A DNA stretch of 64,000 nucleotides from an uncultured Clostridia bacterium (GCA_964479735.1 CAYZNT010000009.1:41349-105348); one strand, 5' to 3'. Shown: positions 10,147 to 20,457, counted from the first letter of the stretch. Numbers and translations: made by a program. The notes: a model not told the origin generated them from the sequence alone.

Positions 10147-10377
10147 ATGAGCGGCAAAGAGAGCATCGCCAAGGAGAGCATCAGGGAATTCGATAAACTG
10201 GAAGAGAAGATCGGCCGCCTGGTCCAGAGCATGCGGGCGCTGCGCGACGAGAACGCGCGCCTGAAGAAGGAGCTGGACGGGGTGCGGTCCGATTCCGCGC
10301 AGCGCGACGGTGAGCGCAGCGAGATCCGCAAGAAGGTCACCGCCCTCCTGCAGCTGGTCGAATCGGTCGAGGAATGA
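10147..10377 (+). CDS. zapB: ZapB-like coiled-coil cell-division protein (DUF904-like)
   Basis: About 76 aa and all coiled-coil (LEEKIGRLVQSMRALRDENARLKKELDG). AAGGAG RBS lies 6 nt upstream. It is positioned between pheT and zapA, as in Desulfobacterota. Confidence 0.6.
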   Translation: MSGKESIAKESIREFDKLEEKIGRLVQSMRALRDENARLKKELDGVRSDSAQRDGERSEIRKKVTALLQLVESVEE

Positions 10378-10682
10378 AACCGCGCGAAATCGACATCCAG
10401 ATCCTGGGCAGGACCTTCACCTTCGTCCTGAGCCCGGATGTCTCGCCCGACGAGTTTTTGCAGATCGTCGACTACGTGGAAGGGAAGATCACCAAAATCA
10501 AGACCAGGATGAATGAACTGGATTCGTTCAAACTGGGGCTGCTGGCGGCCATCAACGTCGCCCAGGAGCTCCACGCCTTGAAACGGGAGAACGAGAAACT
10601 GCGGCAAATCCTGCAGAACATAGATGGATTGCTTTCTCCGGAGACCGAAGACGACCGTTTGACCATCCGTTTTTCATCCTGA
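10374..10682 (+). CDS. zapA: Cell division protein ZapA
   Basis: IQILGRTFTFVLSPDVSPDEFLQIVDYVEGKI... followed by a C-terminal coiled coil. ATGA overlap with the upstream gene. Confidence 0.75.
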   Translation: MKPREIDIQILGRTFTFVLSPDVSPDEFLQIVDYVEGKITKIKTRMNELDSFKLGLLAAINVAQELHALKRENEKLRQILQNIDGLLSPETEDDRLTIRFSS

Positions 10683-10698
10683 CACGAGGAGGAAGACA

Positions 10699-12261
10699 AT
10701 GGGGCTGCTCATTAACGCAGCAATCGCCATCATCGGCATCATCCTCGGCGCCGGGTTCGTGTTGCTGATCAAGAAGAAGATATTCGCCGGCGACTACCGG
10801 GCCCTCGAGGTCCACCGCCTGGAGCTGGAGAAGAAAACCCAGGCGGAGCTGGAAAGCCACCGCCGCCAGGTGACGCTGGAGCTCAAGAACGAGCTCAACG
10901 AGTGGAAGAACGAGTACAACCGCAAGCAGAACGAGAAGATCAACCGCCTCAACACCATGGAGAAGCGGCTGCTGCAGAAGGAGGAAACCCTCGACCGCCG
11001 CTACACCAACCTGGACAACCGGGAAAAGGAGCTGAAGAAGAAGGAGAACGATCTTTCGGTTCATGAAGAGGAGCTCTGCGCCTTGCGCAACGACCTGCAG
11101 AAGACGCTCGACGAACAGCGCCAGAAGCTGGAGAAGATCGCCGGGATGACGGTGCAGGAGGCCAAGGAGATGCTGATCCGGCAGTGGGAGGGCGAGGCCC
11201 GCCTGGACTCGGCCCAGAAACTCAAGGCCATCGAGGAGGAGCTGAAGGCCAACGGCCAGAACATGGCCAAGGAGATCATCTCGACCGCGGTGCAGCGCAT
11301 CGCCACCGAGCACGTGGTCTCCTCCTCGGTGTCGGTCATCGACCTGCCGTCGGACGAGATGAAGGGGCGCATCATCGGCCGCGAGGGCCGCAACATCCGC
11401 GCCCTGGAGAACGCCACCGGGGTCGACTTCATCGTCGACGACACCCCCGAGGCCATCCTGGTCTCCTCCTTCGACCCCATCCGCCGCGAGATCGCCAAGC
11501 AGGCGATCGAGACGCTGATCGCCGACGGCCGCATCCATCCGGCTCGAATCGAGGAAGTCGTCGAGCGCCTGAAGACCAATTTCGACGCCTACCTGCGCCG
11601 CGAGGGAGAAAGCGTGGTGCTCGAGCTCGGCGTGCGCGACCTCAACCCCGAGCTCTTTTTCTACCTGGGCAAGCTGAAGTTCCGCACCTCCTACGGCCAG
11701 AACGTTCTGGAGCACTCCAAGGAGGTGGCTCTGGTGGCCGCCATGCTGGCCCGGGAGATCGGCGCCAACGTCCACATCGCCAGGCGCGCCGGTTTGCTGC
11801 ACGACGTCGGCAAGGCCATCGACCGCGAGACCGAAGGCACCCACACGTCGCTGTCGGTCGAGCTGGCGCGCAAGTACGGCGAATCGCAGGCGGTGCTGGA
11901 CGCCATCGCCTCGCACCACATGGACGTCGAGTTCCGCTCCATCGAGGCGGTGCTCATCCAGGCCGCCGACTCCATCTCCGCCGCCCGGCCCGGGGCGCGC
12001 CGCGAGATCCTGGAAACTTACATCAAGCGCCTGGAGAAGCTGGAGGAGCTGAGCAAGTCCTTCGCCGGGGTGACCAAGGCCTTCGCGTTGCAAGCCGGCC
12101 GCGAGGTGCGCGTCATCATCAACGCCAACGAGCTGGACGACAACCAGACCTTCCTGATATCCAAGGACATCGCCAAGCGCATCCAGTCCGAGATGGAGTA
12201 CCCCGGCCAGATCAAGGTGACCGTCATCCGCGAGGTGCGGGCCATCGAATATGCCAAGTGA
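10699..12261 (+). CDS. rny: Ribonuclease Y
   Basis: N-terminal TM helix, coiled coil, KH domain (GRIIGREGRNIRALE) and HD domain (LLHDVGKA...HH), 520 aa. Confidence 0.95.
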   Translation: MGLLINAAIAIIGIILGAGFVLLIKKKIFAGDYRALEVHRLELEKKTQAELESHRRQVTLELKNELNEWKNEYNRKQNEKINRLNTMEKRLLQKEETLDRRYTNLDNREKELKKKENDLSVHEEELCALRNDLQKTLDEQRQKLEKIAGMTVQEAKEMLIRQWEGEARLDSAQKLKAIEEELKANGQNMAKEIISTAVQRIATEHVVSSSVSVIDLPSDEMKGRIIGREGRNIRALENATGVDFIVDDTPEAILVSSFDPIRREIAKQAIETLIADGRIHPARIEEVVERLKTNFDAYLRREGESVVLELGVRDLNPELFFYLGKLKFRTSYGQNVLEHSKEVALVAAMLAREIGANVHIARRAGLLHDVGKAIDRETEGTHTSLSVELARKYGESQAVLDAIASHHMDVEFRSIEAVLIQAADSISAARPGARREILETYIKRLEKLEELSKSFAGVTKAFALQAGREVRVIINANELDDNQTFLISKDIAKRIQSEMEYPGQIKVTVIREVRAIEYAK

Positions 12262-13066
12262 ACCGCTGCGCTTGATCCTCATCGGCGACGTCATCGGCCG
12301 CACCGGGCGCGACTTCGTCGCCCGCGCCATGCCGCTGATCCGGGCCCGCCTGCAGCCCCACCTGGTGGTGGCCAACGGCGAGAACAGCGCCGGCGGCCTG
12401 GGCGTCGTCCCCCGCACCGCGGCCGAGCTCTTCGCCGCCGGCATCGACGTGCTGACCGGCGGCAACCACGTCTTCGACAAGCGCGAGGGCAAGGCGCTGC
12501 TGGCCGCGGAACCGCGCGTGCTGCGGCCGATCAACTACCCGGCGGCGGCGCCCGGGCGCGGCTTCCGGGTCGTGGCCACCCCGCGCGGAGCGGTCGCCGT
12601 CGTCTCCCTGCAGGGGCGGGTGTTCATGGAACCGGTGGCCGACAACCCATTCGCCGCCATGGAGGCCTTCCTGCGCGAGCGCCCGGCCGCCGTGGTCTTG
12701 GTCGACTTCCACGCCGAGGCCAGCGCCGAGAAGCAGGGACTGGGATATTTCCTCGACGGCCGGGTGAGCGCCGTGCTGGGCACGCACACCCATGTGCCGA
12801 CCGCCGACGCGCGCATCCTGGCCGGCGGCACCGCCTACCAGACCGATGTCGGCATGACCGGCGCCCTCGATTCGATCATCGGCATGGAGCGCGCCCCGAT
12901 CATCGAGAAGTTCGTCACCGGCGTCGGCCAGCGTTTCGAGGTGGCGGGAGGCGACGCGGTGCTGGACCTGACCGTGGTCGACGTCGACGGATCCAGCGGA
13001 AGGGCGCTGGCCGTGCGGCCGCTGCGGCTGACCCATGACGACTACGAACGGCAACTCGGTGCCTGA
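12251..13066 (+). CDS. ymdB: YmdB-like metallophosphoesterase (TIGR00282; 2',3'-cyclic-nucleotide phosphodiesterase family)
   Basis: LILIGDVIGRTGRD...VVANGENSAGG...GNHVFDK...VDFHAEASAEK...GTHTHVPTAD. It commonly follows rny. Confidence 0.85.
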   Translation: MPSEPLRLILIGDVIGRTGRDFVARAMPLIRARLQPHLVVANGENSAGGLGVVPRTAAELFAAGIDVLTGGNHVFDKREGKALLAAEPRVLRPINYPAAAPGRGFRVVATPRGAVAVVSLQGRVFMEPVADNPFAAMEAFLRERPAAVVLVDFHAEASAEKQGLGYFLDGRVSAVLGTHTHVPTADARILAGGTAYQTDVGMTGALDSIIGMERAPIIEKFVTGVGQRFEVAGGDAVLDLTVVDVDGSSGRALAVRPLRLTHDDYERQLGA

Positions 13067-14399
13067 CCGCATCCTGCGCGTTTCCGAGCTGGTGCTGGCC
13101 CTGAAAGGCCACCTGGAAACCCGCTTCGCCCTCGTGCGCGTGCAGGGCGAGGCGTCCAACGTCACCCTGGCTCCCTCCGGCCACCTGTACTTCACCCTCA
13201 AGGACGGCGCCGGCTCCCTGCGGACCGTGATGTTCCGCTACCAGTCCATGCGCAGCTCCCTGCGCCGGGTAGAAAACGGCCAGCAGGTGGTGGTGACCGG
13301 GACGGTGTCGGTGTACGCCGCCCGCGGCGAGATGCAGCTGCTGGCCTCCGACATCCAGCTGCAGGGCCGCGGCGACATCTTCGCGGCCCTCGAGGAGCTC
13401 AAGCAGCGCTACCTGGCCAAGGGCTACTTCGCCGCCGAGCGCAAGCGCCGGCTGCCGCTGATGCCCCGCGTCATCGGCGTGGTCACGTCGCCGACCGGGG
13501 CCGCCATCCGCGACATCGTGCAGGTGATGCGGCGCCGGTTCCCTTCCATCCAGCTGCTGGTCTACCCGGCGCGCGTCCAGGGCGAGGAGGCGGCGCGGGA
13601 GATCGCCGCCGGCATCGAGTACTTCAACGGCCGGCCCGCCGGCGACGTGGACGTGCTGATCGTCGGCCGGGGCGGCGGCTCCTACGAGGACCTGTGGGCC
13701 TTCAACGAGGCCCCGGTGGTCGAGGCCATCTACGCCTCGCGCATCCCGGTGATATCCGCCGTCGGCCACGAGGTCGATTTCACCATCGCCGACTTCGTCG
13801 CCGACCTGCGCGCCCCCACTCCCTCGGCCGCGGCCGAGCTGGTCGTCGGCCGCCGCGAGGAGTTCGAGCAGCGCCTCGACCTGCTGCGCTCGTCCCTGCA
13901 GCGGCTGCTGGAGCGGCAGCTGGGCGCCATGGGCCGCCGCCTGACCCGCCTGGCGGCAGAGTCCGAGCTGGCCCGCTTCCCCGGCCGGCTGCGGGAAACG
14001 CTGCAGCGCGTGGAGTCGCTCGACTTCGCCTGCCGGGACGCGCTGGCCGAGAAGGCGCGCCGGGCGCGGCGGCGCCTGAACGCCTGGTGCGAGCGCTTCG
14101 CCGCCTGCGACCCGGTCTCCCGGGTGCGGCGCCAGGCGCTGCTGCTTCGTCAACTGGGATTGCGGCTGCAGGGGGCGGAAGCCAACCGCGCCCGGGCGCA
14201 GCGGGAGAGGCTGGACCGCCTGCAGGGGCGACTGCTGGCGTTGTCCCCGCAGGCGGTGCTGGACCGGGGCTACTCGGTCACCTTTCGCGCCGACGGCCGG
14301 GTGGCCCGCGACGCCGCCGCGCTGCAGGACGGCGAGCGGCTGCGCATCCGCCTGGCGCGGGGCGAGACGGCGGCGCACGTGGAGAAGGAGCCGACATGA
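13035..14399 (+). CDS. xseA: Exodeoxyribonuclease VII large subunit
   Basis: OB-fold N-terminus (RVSELVLALKGHLE...VRVQGEASNV) plus the catalytic region (VIGVVTSPTGAAIRDI...GRGGGS.EDLWAFN). The true start may be the in-frame GTG at 13059, which would overlap ymdB by 8 nt. Confidence 0.88.
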   Translation: MTTTNGNSVPDRILRVSELVLALKGHLETRFALVRVQGEASNVTLAPSGHLYFTLKDGAGSLRTVMFRYQSMRSSLRRVENGQQVVVTGTVSVYAARGEMQLLASDIQLQGRGDIFAALEELKQRYLAKGYFAAERKRRLPLMPRVIGVVTSPTGAAIRDIVQVMRRRFPSIQLLVYPARVQGEEAAREIAAGIEYFNGRPAGDVDVLIVGRGGGSYEDLWAFNEAPVVEAIYASRIPVISAVGHEVDFTIADFVADLRAPTPSAAAELVVGRREEFEQRLDLLRSSLQRLLERQLGAMGRRLTRLAAESELARFPGRLRETLQRVESLDFACRDALAEKARRARRRLNAWCERFAACDPVSRVRRQALLLRQLGLRLQGAEANRARAQRERLDRLQGRLLALSPQAVLDRGYSVTFRADGRVARDAAALQDGERLRIRLARGETAAHVEKEPT

Positions 14400-14641
14400 A
14401 GAAGGAAAAACCGACGTTCGAGGAGTCGCTGAAGCGGCTGGAAGAAATCGTGGCCCGGCTGGAGAATCCCGACGTGCCGCTGCTGGAGGGCTTCGCCCTG
14501 TACGAGGAGGGCATGAAGCTGACCGCGCTGATGAAGCGCGACCTGAACGACATCGAGAAGAAGGTCAAGCTGCTGCAGCGCAACGGCCGCGGCGAAATGG
14601 AGGAAGGCGATTTCGCCGGCGAGGATGAAGGACTATCTTGA
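14396..14641 (+). CDS. xseB: Exodeoxyribonuclease VII small subunit
   Basis: MKKEKPTFEESLKRLEEIVARLENPDVPLLEG..., 81 aa. Confidence 0.9.
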   Translation: MKKEKPTFEESLKRLEEIVARLENPDVPLLEGFALYEEGMKLTALMKRDLNDIEKKVKLLQRNGRGEMEEGDFAGEDEGLS

Positions 14642-15479
14642 GGGGTTGCGGCGGCAGGTGGACGCCGAGGTGCTGCGCGGGCTCGATCCGGCCCGGGGCG
14701 CCCTGGAGGCGGCCATGCACTACGCCCTGGCCATCGGCGGCAAGCGGCTGCGCCCGCTGCTCTTCCTCTCCCTGCTCGACGGCCTGGATGCCGGCGGTGA
14801 CCGTCATGTCGACGTGGCCGCGGCCATCGAGATCATCCACACCTACTCGCTCATCCACGACGACCTGCCGTGCATGGACGACGACGACTTCCGCCGCGGC
14901 CAGCCGACCGTGCACAAGCGTTTCGGGGAGGCGGTGGCGCTGCTGGCCGGCGACACCCTGCTGACGCTGGCCTTCGAAAAGATCGCCGCCAGCCGGCTGG
15001 TGCCGCGCCACGGCATGGCCGTCATGCGCCTGGTCACCCGGGCCATCGGCCTGTCGGGCATGGCCGGCGGCCAGGCCCTGGACCTGGAGTTCAGCGGCGA
15101 CCGCGCCGCCATCGAGCCGATCCACCTCCTCAAGACCGCCGCCCTGATCCGGGCCGCCCTGCTGGCGGCCGCCGAGATCGCCGGCGCCACCCGCTCCCGG
15201 CGCCGGCACCTGGAGGAGGCGGGAACCGACATCGGGCTGGCCTTCCAGCTGGCCGACGACCTGCTCGACGTCACCGGCGACGAGCGCGAGGTCGGCAAGA
15301 AACTGCGCAAGGACCAGTCCAACCGCAGTCCCAACGCCGCCCTCTTCTGGGGGGTGGACGAGGTGCGCCGGCGCATCGACGAACGCTACGCCGCCGCCCG
15401 GCGCCACGTGGCCGCCGCCGGCATCGCGTTCCCGCCGTTCCTGCAGCTCCTCAGCGACATGGTCTACCGGAGCCGGTGA
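14625..15479 (+). CDS. ispA: Farnesyl diphosphate synthase / geranyltranstransferase
   Basis: Both Asp-rich motifs are present: LIHDDLPCMDDDDFRRG and FQLADDLLD. Confidence 0.9.
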   Translation: MKDYLEGLRRQVDAEVLRGLDPARGALEAAMHYALAIGGKRLRPLLFLSLLDGLDAGGDRHVDVAAAIEIIHTYSLIHDDLPCMDDDDFRRGQPTVHKRFGEAVALLAGDTLLTLAFEKIAASRLVPRHGMAVMRLVTRAIGLSGMAGGQALDLEFSGDRAAIEPIHLLKTAALIRAALLAAAEIAGATRSRRRHLEEAGTDIGLAFQLADDLLDVTGDEREVGKKLRKDQSNRSPNAALFWGVDEVRRRIDERYAAARRHVAAAGIAFPPFLQLLSDMVYRSR

Positions 15480-17389
15480 TCGCCGTGCCGCTGCTCGACG
15501 CCATCCACTCTCCCGCCGACCTGCGCCGCCTCTCGATCGAAGAAATGCGGGCGCTGGCCGAAGAGATCCGCGCCCTGATCATCGAGGTGGTGGCCCGCAA
15601 CGGCGGCCACCTCTCCTCCAACCTGGGGGCAGTGGAGCTGACCCTCGCGTTGCACCGCGAGTTCGAGGCCCCCCGCGACCGCATCATCTGGGACATCGGC
15701 CACCAGTGCTACACCCACAAGATCGTCACCGGGCGCCGCCCGCGCATGGGCACCATCCGCACCCGCGGCGGGCTGCTCGGCTTTCCCGACCGCGACGAGA
15801 GCGAGTACGACGTGGTCAACACCGGCCACGCCTCGACGTCGCTGGGCTTCGCCGCCGGGCTGGCCATGGCCCGGGACCGGGCGGGGAGCGACGGGCACAT
15901 CGTCGCCGTGGTCGGCGACGGGGCGTTGACCGGCGGGGTGGCGCTGGAGGCGCTGAACCACATCGGCCAGCTGCGCCCGCCCCTGATCATCGTGCTCAAC
16001 GACAACAAGATGTCCATCTCGCCCAACGTCGGCGCCATATCCAAGCACCTGAACTACCTGGCCCTGGGCCGCCCCTACATCCGCTTCAAGGAAGTGCTGC
16101 ACCGCATCCTGACGGCGATCCCGCTGGTGGGCCGGGGGCTCTTCCAGCTGGCGCGCAAGGTGGAGATCCTGGCCCGCACCATGATGGTGCCCGGCTCCCT
16201 GTTCGACGAGCTCGGCATCAAGTACATCGGCCCGATCAACGGCCACGACCTGCGCGAGCTGCTCAAGGAGTTCCGCGAGGCCAAGGCCTACGACGTCCCG
16301 GTCCTGCTGCACGTCGTCACCCGCAAGGGCCGGGGCTACGAGCCGGCCGCGGACAATCCCAGCTCCTTCCACTCCTCGTCGCCGTTCAACATCAGCAACG
16401 GGCAGTTCCTCAAGAAGGAGGCGCACGTCTCCTACTCGGAAGTGTTCGGCCGCACGGCCGCCCGCCTGGTGGCGCTCGACCCGCAGACCGTCGCCCTCAC
16501 CGCCGCCATGCCGGAGGGAACGGGGCTGGACGCCGTGCAGCGCCAGTTCCCCGAGCATTTCTTCGACGTCGGCATCGCGGAGCAGTACATGTTCGATTTC
16601 GCCGGCGGCCTGGCGCTGGCCGGCCGGCGGCCGGTGGTCGGCGTCTACTCCACCTTCCTGCAGCGGGCCCTCGACCAGGTCATCCACGACATCTCGCTGA
16701 TGAACCTTCCGGTGCTGGTCGGGCTGGACCGCGCCGGCCTGGTCGGAGGCGACGGCCCCACCCACCAGGGGCTGTACGATATCGCCATGCTGCGCCCGGT
16801 GCCCAACCTGCTGCTGCTGGCGCCGCGCGACGAGAACGAGCTGCAGCACATGCTCTACACCGCCTTCCGGCAGAAGAAGCCGGCCTTCGTCCGCTTCCCC
16901 AAGGAGCCGGCGCGGGGCACCCCCCTGGACGGCGAGCTGCGGGAGCTGCCCGTGGGGCGCGCCGAGGTGATGCGACCCGGCAGCGCGGCCACCATCCTGG
17001 CGGTCGGGCCGCTGGTGTGGCGCGCGCTGCAGGCGGCCGAGCGACTGCACCGGCGGTTGGGTCTCGACATCGAAGTGGTCGACGTGCGCTGGATCAAGCC
17101 GCTCGACGAAGAGCTGCTGAAGGCGCGGGCGGCCGCCGCACGGCCGCTGGTGACGGTCGAGGACGGCGCCCTGGCCGGCGGCTTCGGCACCATGGTGCGC
17201 GAGCGGATCGACGCCCTGGGTTTTCCCGGCGTCCGCCTGCTGCGCATCGGCGTGGCGGAAGAGGTCGTGCCGCTGGCGTCGCGCGCGGAACTGCTGGCCC
17301 GCTACGGGCTGGACGCGGAAGGCATCGAGCGGCAGGTCGGCGAGTTCCTGGTTCCGCCCCCGTTCCGACCCGTCCCGGCGTCGCCTTGA
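15476..17389 (+). CDS. dxs: 1-deoxy-D-xylulose-5-phosphate synthase
   Basis: GTG start overlaps the ispA stop (GTGA). GGHLSSNLGAVELTLALH and the GDG...N TPP motif are present. About 637 aa. xseAB-ispA-dxs is a classic operon. Confidence 0.93.
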   Translation: MIAVPLLDAIHSPADLRRLSIEEMRALAEEIRALIIEVVARNGGHLSSNLGAVELTLALHREFEAPRDRIIWDIGHQCYTHKIVTGRRPRMGTIRTRGGLLGFPDRDESEYDVVNTGHASTSLGFAAGLAMARDRAGSDGHIVAVVGDGALTGGVALEALNHIGQLRPPLIIVLNDNKMSISPNVGAISKHLNYLALGRPYIRFKEVLHRILTAIPLVGRGLFQLARKVEILARTMMVPGSLFDELGIKYIGPINGHDLRELLKEFREAKAYDVPVLLHVVTRKGRGYEPAADNPSSFHSSSPFNISNGQFLKKEAHVSYSEVFGRTAARLVALDPQTVALTAAMPEGTGLDAVQRQFPEHFFDVGIAEQYMFDFAGGLALAGRRPVVGVYSTFLQRALDQVIHDISLMNLPVLVGLDRAGLVGGDGPTHQGLYDIAMLRPVPNLLLLAPRDENELQHMLYTAFRQKKPAFVRFPKEPARGTPLDGELRELPVGRAEVMRPGSAATILAVGPLVWRALQAAERLHRRLGLDIEVVDVRWIKPLDEELLKARAAAARPLVTVEDGALAGGFGTMVRERIDALGFPGVRLLRIGVAEEVVPLASRAELLARYGLDAEGIERQVGEFLVPPPFRPVPASP

Positions 17390-17414
17390 CATCGAGGCGG
17401 GCTTCGTTTACGAT
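17386..17414 (+). promoter_or_regulatory. Consensus sigma70 promoter (TTGACA, 17 bp spacer, TACGAT). Its -10 ends 6 nt before the ATG at 17421, implying a leaderless transcript.
   Basis: TTGACA at 17386-17391 and TACGAT at 17409-17414. No Shine-Dalgarno sequence is possible in the 6-nt gap. Confidence 0.6.
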
Positions 17415-17420
17415 AGCGCC

Positions 17421-17756
17421 ATGATCGTCGGATTCAACACCGATATCAAGTACCGCAGCGAAGTCTTCCACATCCAGACCGAAGATAAGGGCGCCAACAA
17501 CCCGCTCATCGAGACCCTGGTCTACCTGCACGGCGAGATCCTGCTCTCGCGCCGCCTCTCCTACGCCCAGTTGATCGATTCCACCGAGAAGGTGAAGAAG
17601 ATCAAGGCGATGATGAAGACCCAGCACGACCAGGTCATCAACGAGCTCAAGAACGGGAATTTCTCCCACCTCCTGCAGATGGACACCCAGAGCATCGAGG
17701 ACAAGACGCTCGACGAGATGGTGATCGACTACCTGATGAATCCCACCAGCAACTGA
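17421..17756 (+). CDS. Hypothetical protein, 111 aa, unrecognised family
   Basis: Clean ORF with host-like codon usage (high GC3), sitting between dxs and polA. I recognise no motif in it. Confidence 0.55.
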   Translation: MIVGFNTDIKYRSEVFHIQTEDKGANNPLIETLVYLHGEILLSRRLSYAQLIDSTEKVKKIKAMMKTQHDQVINELKNGNFSHLLQMDTQSIEDKTLDEMVIDYLMNPTSN

Positions 17757-17760
17757 GTCC

Positions 17761-20448
17761 ATGGCGGATCGACTCCTGCTGATAGACGGCATGTATCTGG
17801 CGTTCGCCTCGTTCTACGCCAACCCGCAGATGCGCACCCTGGAGGGGCTCCCCACCGGCGCCGTCTTCGGGTTCGTCTCGCGCACCGAGGCGCTGCTGCG
17901 GGAGCTGCAGCCCGGGCGGGTGGCCGCCGCCTTCGACTCGCGCGAGGAGAACTTCCGCAAGAAGCTCTACCCGGCCTACAAGGAGGGGCGCCAGCAGGCG
18001 CCCGAGGACCTGATCGCCCAGCTGCCGGACATCGCCGAGTACCTGGCGCAGCGCGGCATCCCGCGCCTCGAAGCGCCCGGCTGGGAGGCCGACGACATCA
18101 TCGCCTCGCTGTCTCGGCGGCACGCCGCCGACGGCGGCGAAACGGTCATCTTCTCGGCCGACAAGGACCTGTTCCAGCTGCTCGGCCCGCGCGTGGCGGT
18201 GTTCCATCCCAAGCTCAAGCGCCTGCTGCGGGCCGAGGAGCTGCCGGCATTCTTCGGCGTGCAGCCGGAGCAGGTGGCCGATTTCCTGACCTTGACCGGC
18301 GACGCCTCCGACAACGTGCCGGGGGTGGCCGGGGTGGGGGAGAAGACGGCCTTGAAGCTGATCGCACGCTTCGGCTCCCTGGACGCCCTGCTCGCCCGGA
18401 TGCCGGAGCTGGAGGAGAAGACCCGCCGCAAGATCGAGGCCGCCGCGGCCGAGATCCCGCTGTGGCGGCAGCTGCTCGACCTGCAGCGGGTGCCGGAGGC
18501 GCCGGTGCAGGTTCCGCCGCCGTTTGCCGACCGCCCCGGGCCGGGGCTGGCCGGGCTGTATCGCCGCCTCTCCTTCCAGAGCCTGCTGCGCAACCTGGAG
18601 GGGGAAGGGAGCGCGCCGGCGATTGCCGCGGAGGACCCCGTGGTGCCGGTGACCGTCGTGCGGGACCGCGCCGGGCTGCGCCGGGTGGCCGGTCGGATGG
18701 CGACCGCAGCCGGTGCCGCCATCGACGTGGAGACCACCGGTTTGGATGCGGCGCAGGCCCGGCTGGTCGGCCTCTCCGTCTCCTTCGCGGGCGAGGGCTA
18801 CTACATCCCGCTCCGGGCCCCCGAAGACGAAGCGGGTCCCCTGCCGGGGGAAGACGACCTGCGCGCCGAACTCGGGCCGGCGCTGGCCGACCCGCGCCTC
18901 GGCAAGACCGGCCACAACCTCAAGTTCGACCGGCTGCACCTGCGCCGGGCCGGCCTGGACCTGAACGGGGTGGCGGACGACACGATGATCATGTCCTACC
19001 TTCTCTTTCCCAACCGCCGCGCCCATCACCTGAAGGAGCTCACGGCCGAATTCCTCGGCCGCCGGCAGACGGAGTACCGCGAGCTGGTGGGCAAGGGGCG
19101 GGAGGAGCGGCCGCTCGACCAAGTGCCGCTGGCCCGCGTCGCCCGCTACTGCGTGGACGATTCCGCCCTGTCGCTGCGCCTGGCCGATGCCCTCCGGCCG
19201 CGCCTGGAGGAGGGCGGGTTGCTCGGCTTGTACCGCGACGTGGAATTGCCGCTGCTGCCGGTCCTCGGCGACATGGAGGAGATCGGGGTGCGGGTCGACC
19301 GCGGCTTCCTCCGGCGGGCGGGGGCGGTCCTGGGCGGACGGCTGGCGGAGCTGGAACGGGAGGTGCACCGGCTGGCGGGCTTCGAGTTCAACCTCAACTC
19401 GCCCCAGCAGCTCGGCGCGCTGCTGTTCGAAAAGATGAACCTCCCCCAGGGCAAGAAAACGCGCAAGACGGGCACCTGGTCTACCGACGGCGAGGTGCTC
19501 AACGAGCTGCGCGGCGTCCCGCTGGTGGAGAAGGTCATCGAGCACCGGGCCATCAAGAAGCTGCTGTCCACCTACGTCGAGGCGCTGCTCGCCGGGCTGG
19601 ACGAAAACGACCGCGTGCACACCTCCTTCAACCAGACCGTCACCGCCACCGGCCGCCTCTCCTCGTCCAACCCCAACCTGCAGAACATCCCGGTGGGCGA
19701 GACGGCCGGGCTGGAGCTGCGCCGCGCCTTCGTGGCCGAGCCGGGCTGGCGCCTGCTGTCGGCCGACTACTCGCAGATCGAGTTGCGGGTGATGGCCCAC
19801 TTCGCCGCCGACCCCCGGCTGACCGAGGCCTTCGCGGCGGGGCGCGACATCCACCAGCACACGGCCGACCTGGTCTTCTCCGGAGATGTTTCCGTGCCGG
19901 CGCGAGAGCGGCGGCGCCGGGCCAAGATCGTCAACTTCTCCATCATCTACGGCAGCGGCCCCTTTTCGCTCTCCAAGGAGCTCGGCGTCCCGGTCGCCCA
20001 GGCGAAGGCCTTCATCGACCAATACTTCGCCACCTACCACGGCGTGCGCCGCTTCATCGACCAAACCATCGCCGCGGCGCAGCGGACGCCCGAGGTGCGC
20101 ACCCTGCTCGGCCGGGTGCGGCCCATCCCGGAGATCCAGAGCGCCAACCGCACGGTGCGCGAGAACGGCCAGCGCATGGCCGTCAACACCATCATCCAGG
20201 GTTCGGCGGCCGACATCATCAAGCTGGCCATGATCCGCATCCACCGCCGCCTGGCCGGCATGAGGAGCCGGCTGTTGCTGCAGGTGCACGACGAGCTGGT
20301 GTTCGAGTGCCCACCCGACGAAGAGGAGCCGCTGGCCGGGCTGGTGCGCCAGGAGATGGAGGGTGCCGCCGCCCTGGCGGTGCCGCTGCGGGTCTGCGTC
20401 CGCTGCGGAGCCAGCTGGGCCGGGATGGCCGAGCGGCCGCCGGCCTGA
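17761..20448 (+). CDS. polA: DNA polymerase I
   Basis: 895 aa with 5'-3' exonuclease, 3'-5' exonuclease and polymerase domains (RRAKIVNFSIIYG, QVHDELVFE). Confidence 0.95.
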   Translation: MADRLLLIDGMYLAFASFYANPQMRTLEGLPTGAVFGFVSRTEALLRELQPGRVAAAFDSREENFRKKLYPAYKEGRQQAPEDLIAQLPDIAEYLAQRGIPRLEAPGWEADDIIASLSRRHAADGGETVIFSADKDLFQLLGPRVAVFHPKLKRLLRAEELPAFFGVQPEQVADFLTLTGDASDNVPGVAGVGEKTALKLIARFGSLDALLARMPELEEKTRRKIEAAAAEIPLWRQLLDLQRVPEAPVQVPPPFADRPGPGLAGLYRRLSFQSLLRNLEGEGSAPAIAAEDPVVPVTVVRDRAGLRRVAGRMATAAGAAIDVETTGLDAAQARLVGLSVSFAGEGYYIPLRAPEDEAGPLPGEDDLRAELGPALADPRLGKTGHNLKFDRLHLRRAGLDLNGVADDTMIMSYLLFPNRRAHHLKELTAEFLGRRQTEYRELVGKGREERPLDQVPLARVARYCVDDSALSLRLADALRPRLEEGGLLGLYRDVELPLLPVLGDMEEIGVRVDRGFLRRAGAVLGGRLAELEREVHRLAGFEFNLNSPQQLGALLFEKMNLPQGKKTRKTGTWSTDGEVLNELRGVPLVEKVIEHRAIKKLLSTYVEALLAGLDENDRVHTSFNQTVTATGRLSSSNPNLQNIPVGETAGLELRRAFVAEPGWRLLSADYSQIELRVMAHFAADPRLTEAFAAGRDIHQHTADLVFSGDVSVPARERRRRAKIVNFSIIYGSGPFSLSKELGVPVAQAKAFIDQYFATYHGVRRFIDQTIAAAQRTPEVRTLLGRVRPIPEIQSANRTVRENGQRMAVNTIIQGSAADIIKLAMIRIHRRLAGMRSRLLLQVHDELVFECPPDEEEPLAGLVRQEMEGAAALAVPLRVCVRCGASWAGMAERPPA

Positions 20449-20457
20449 GAGCCCATC

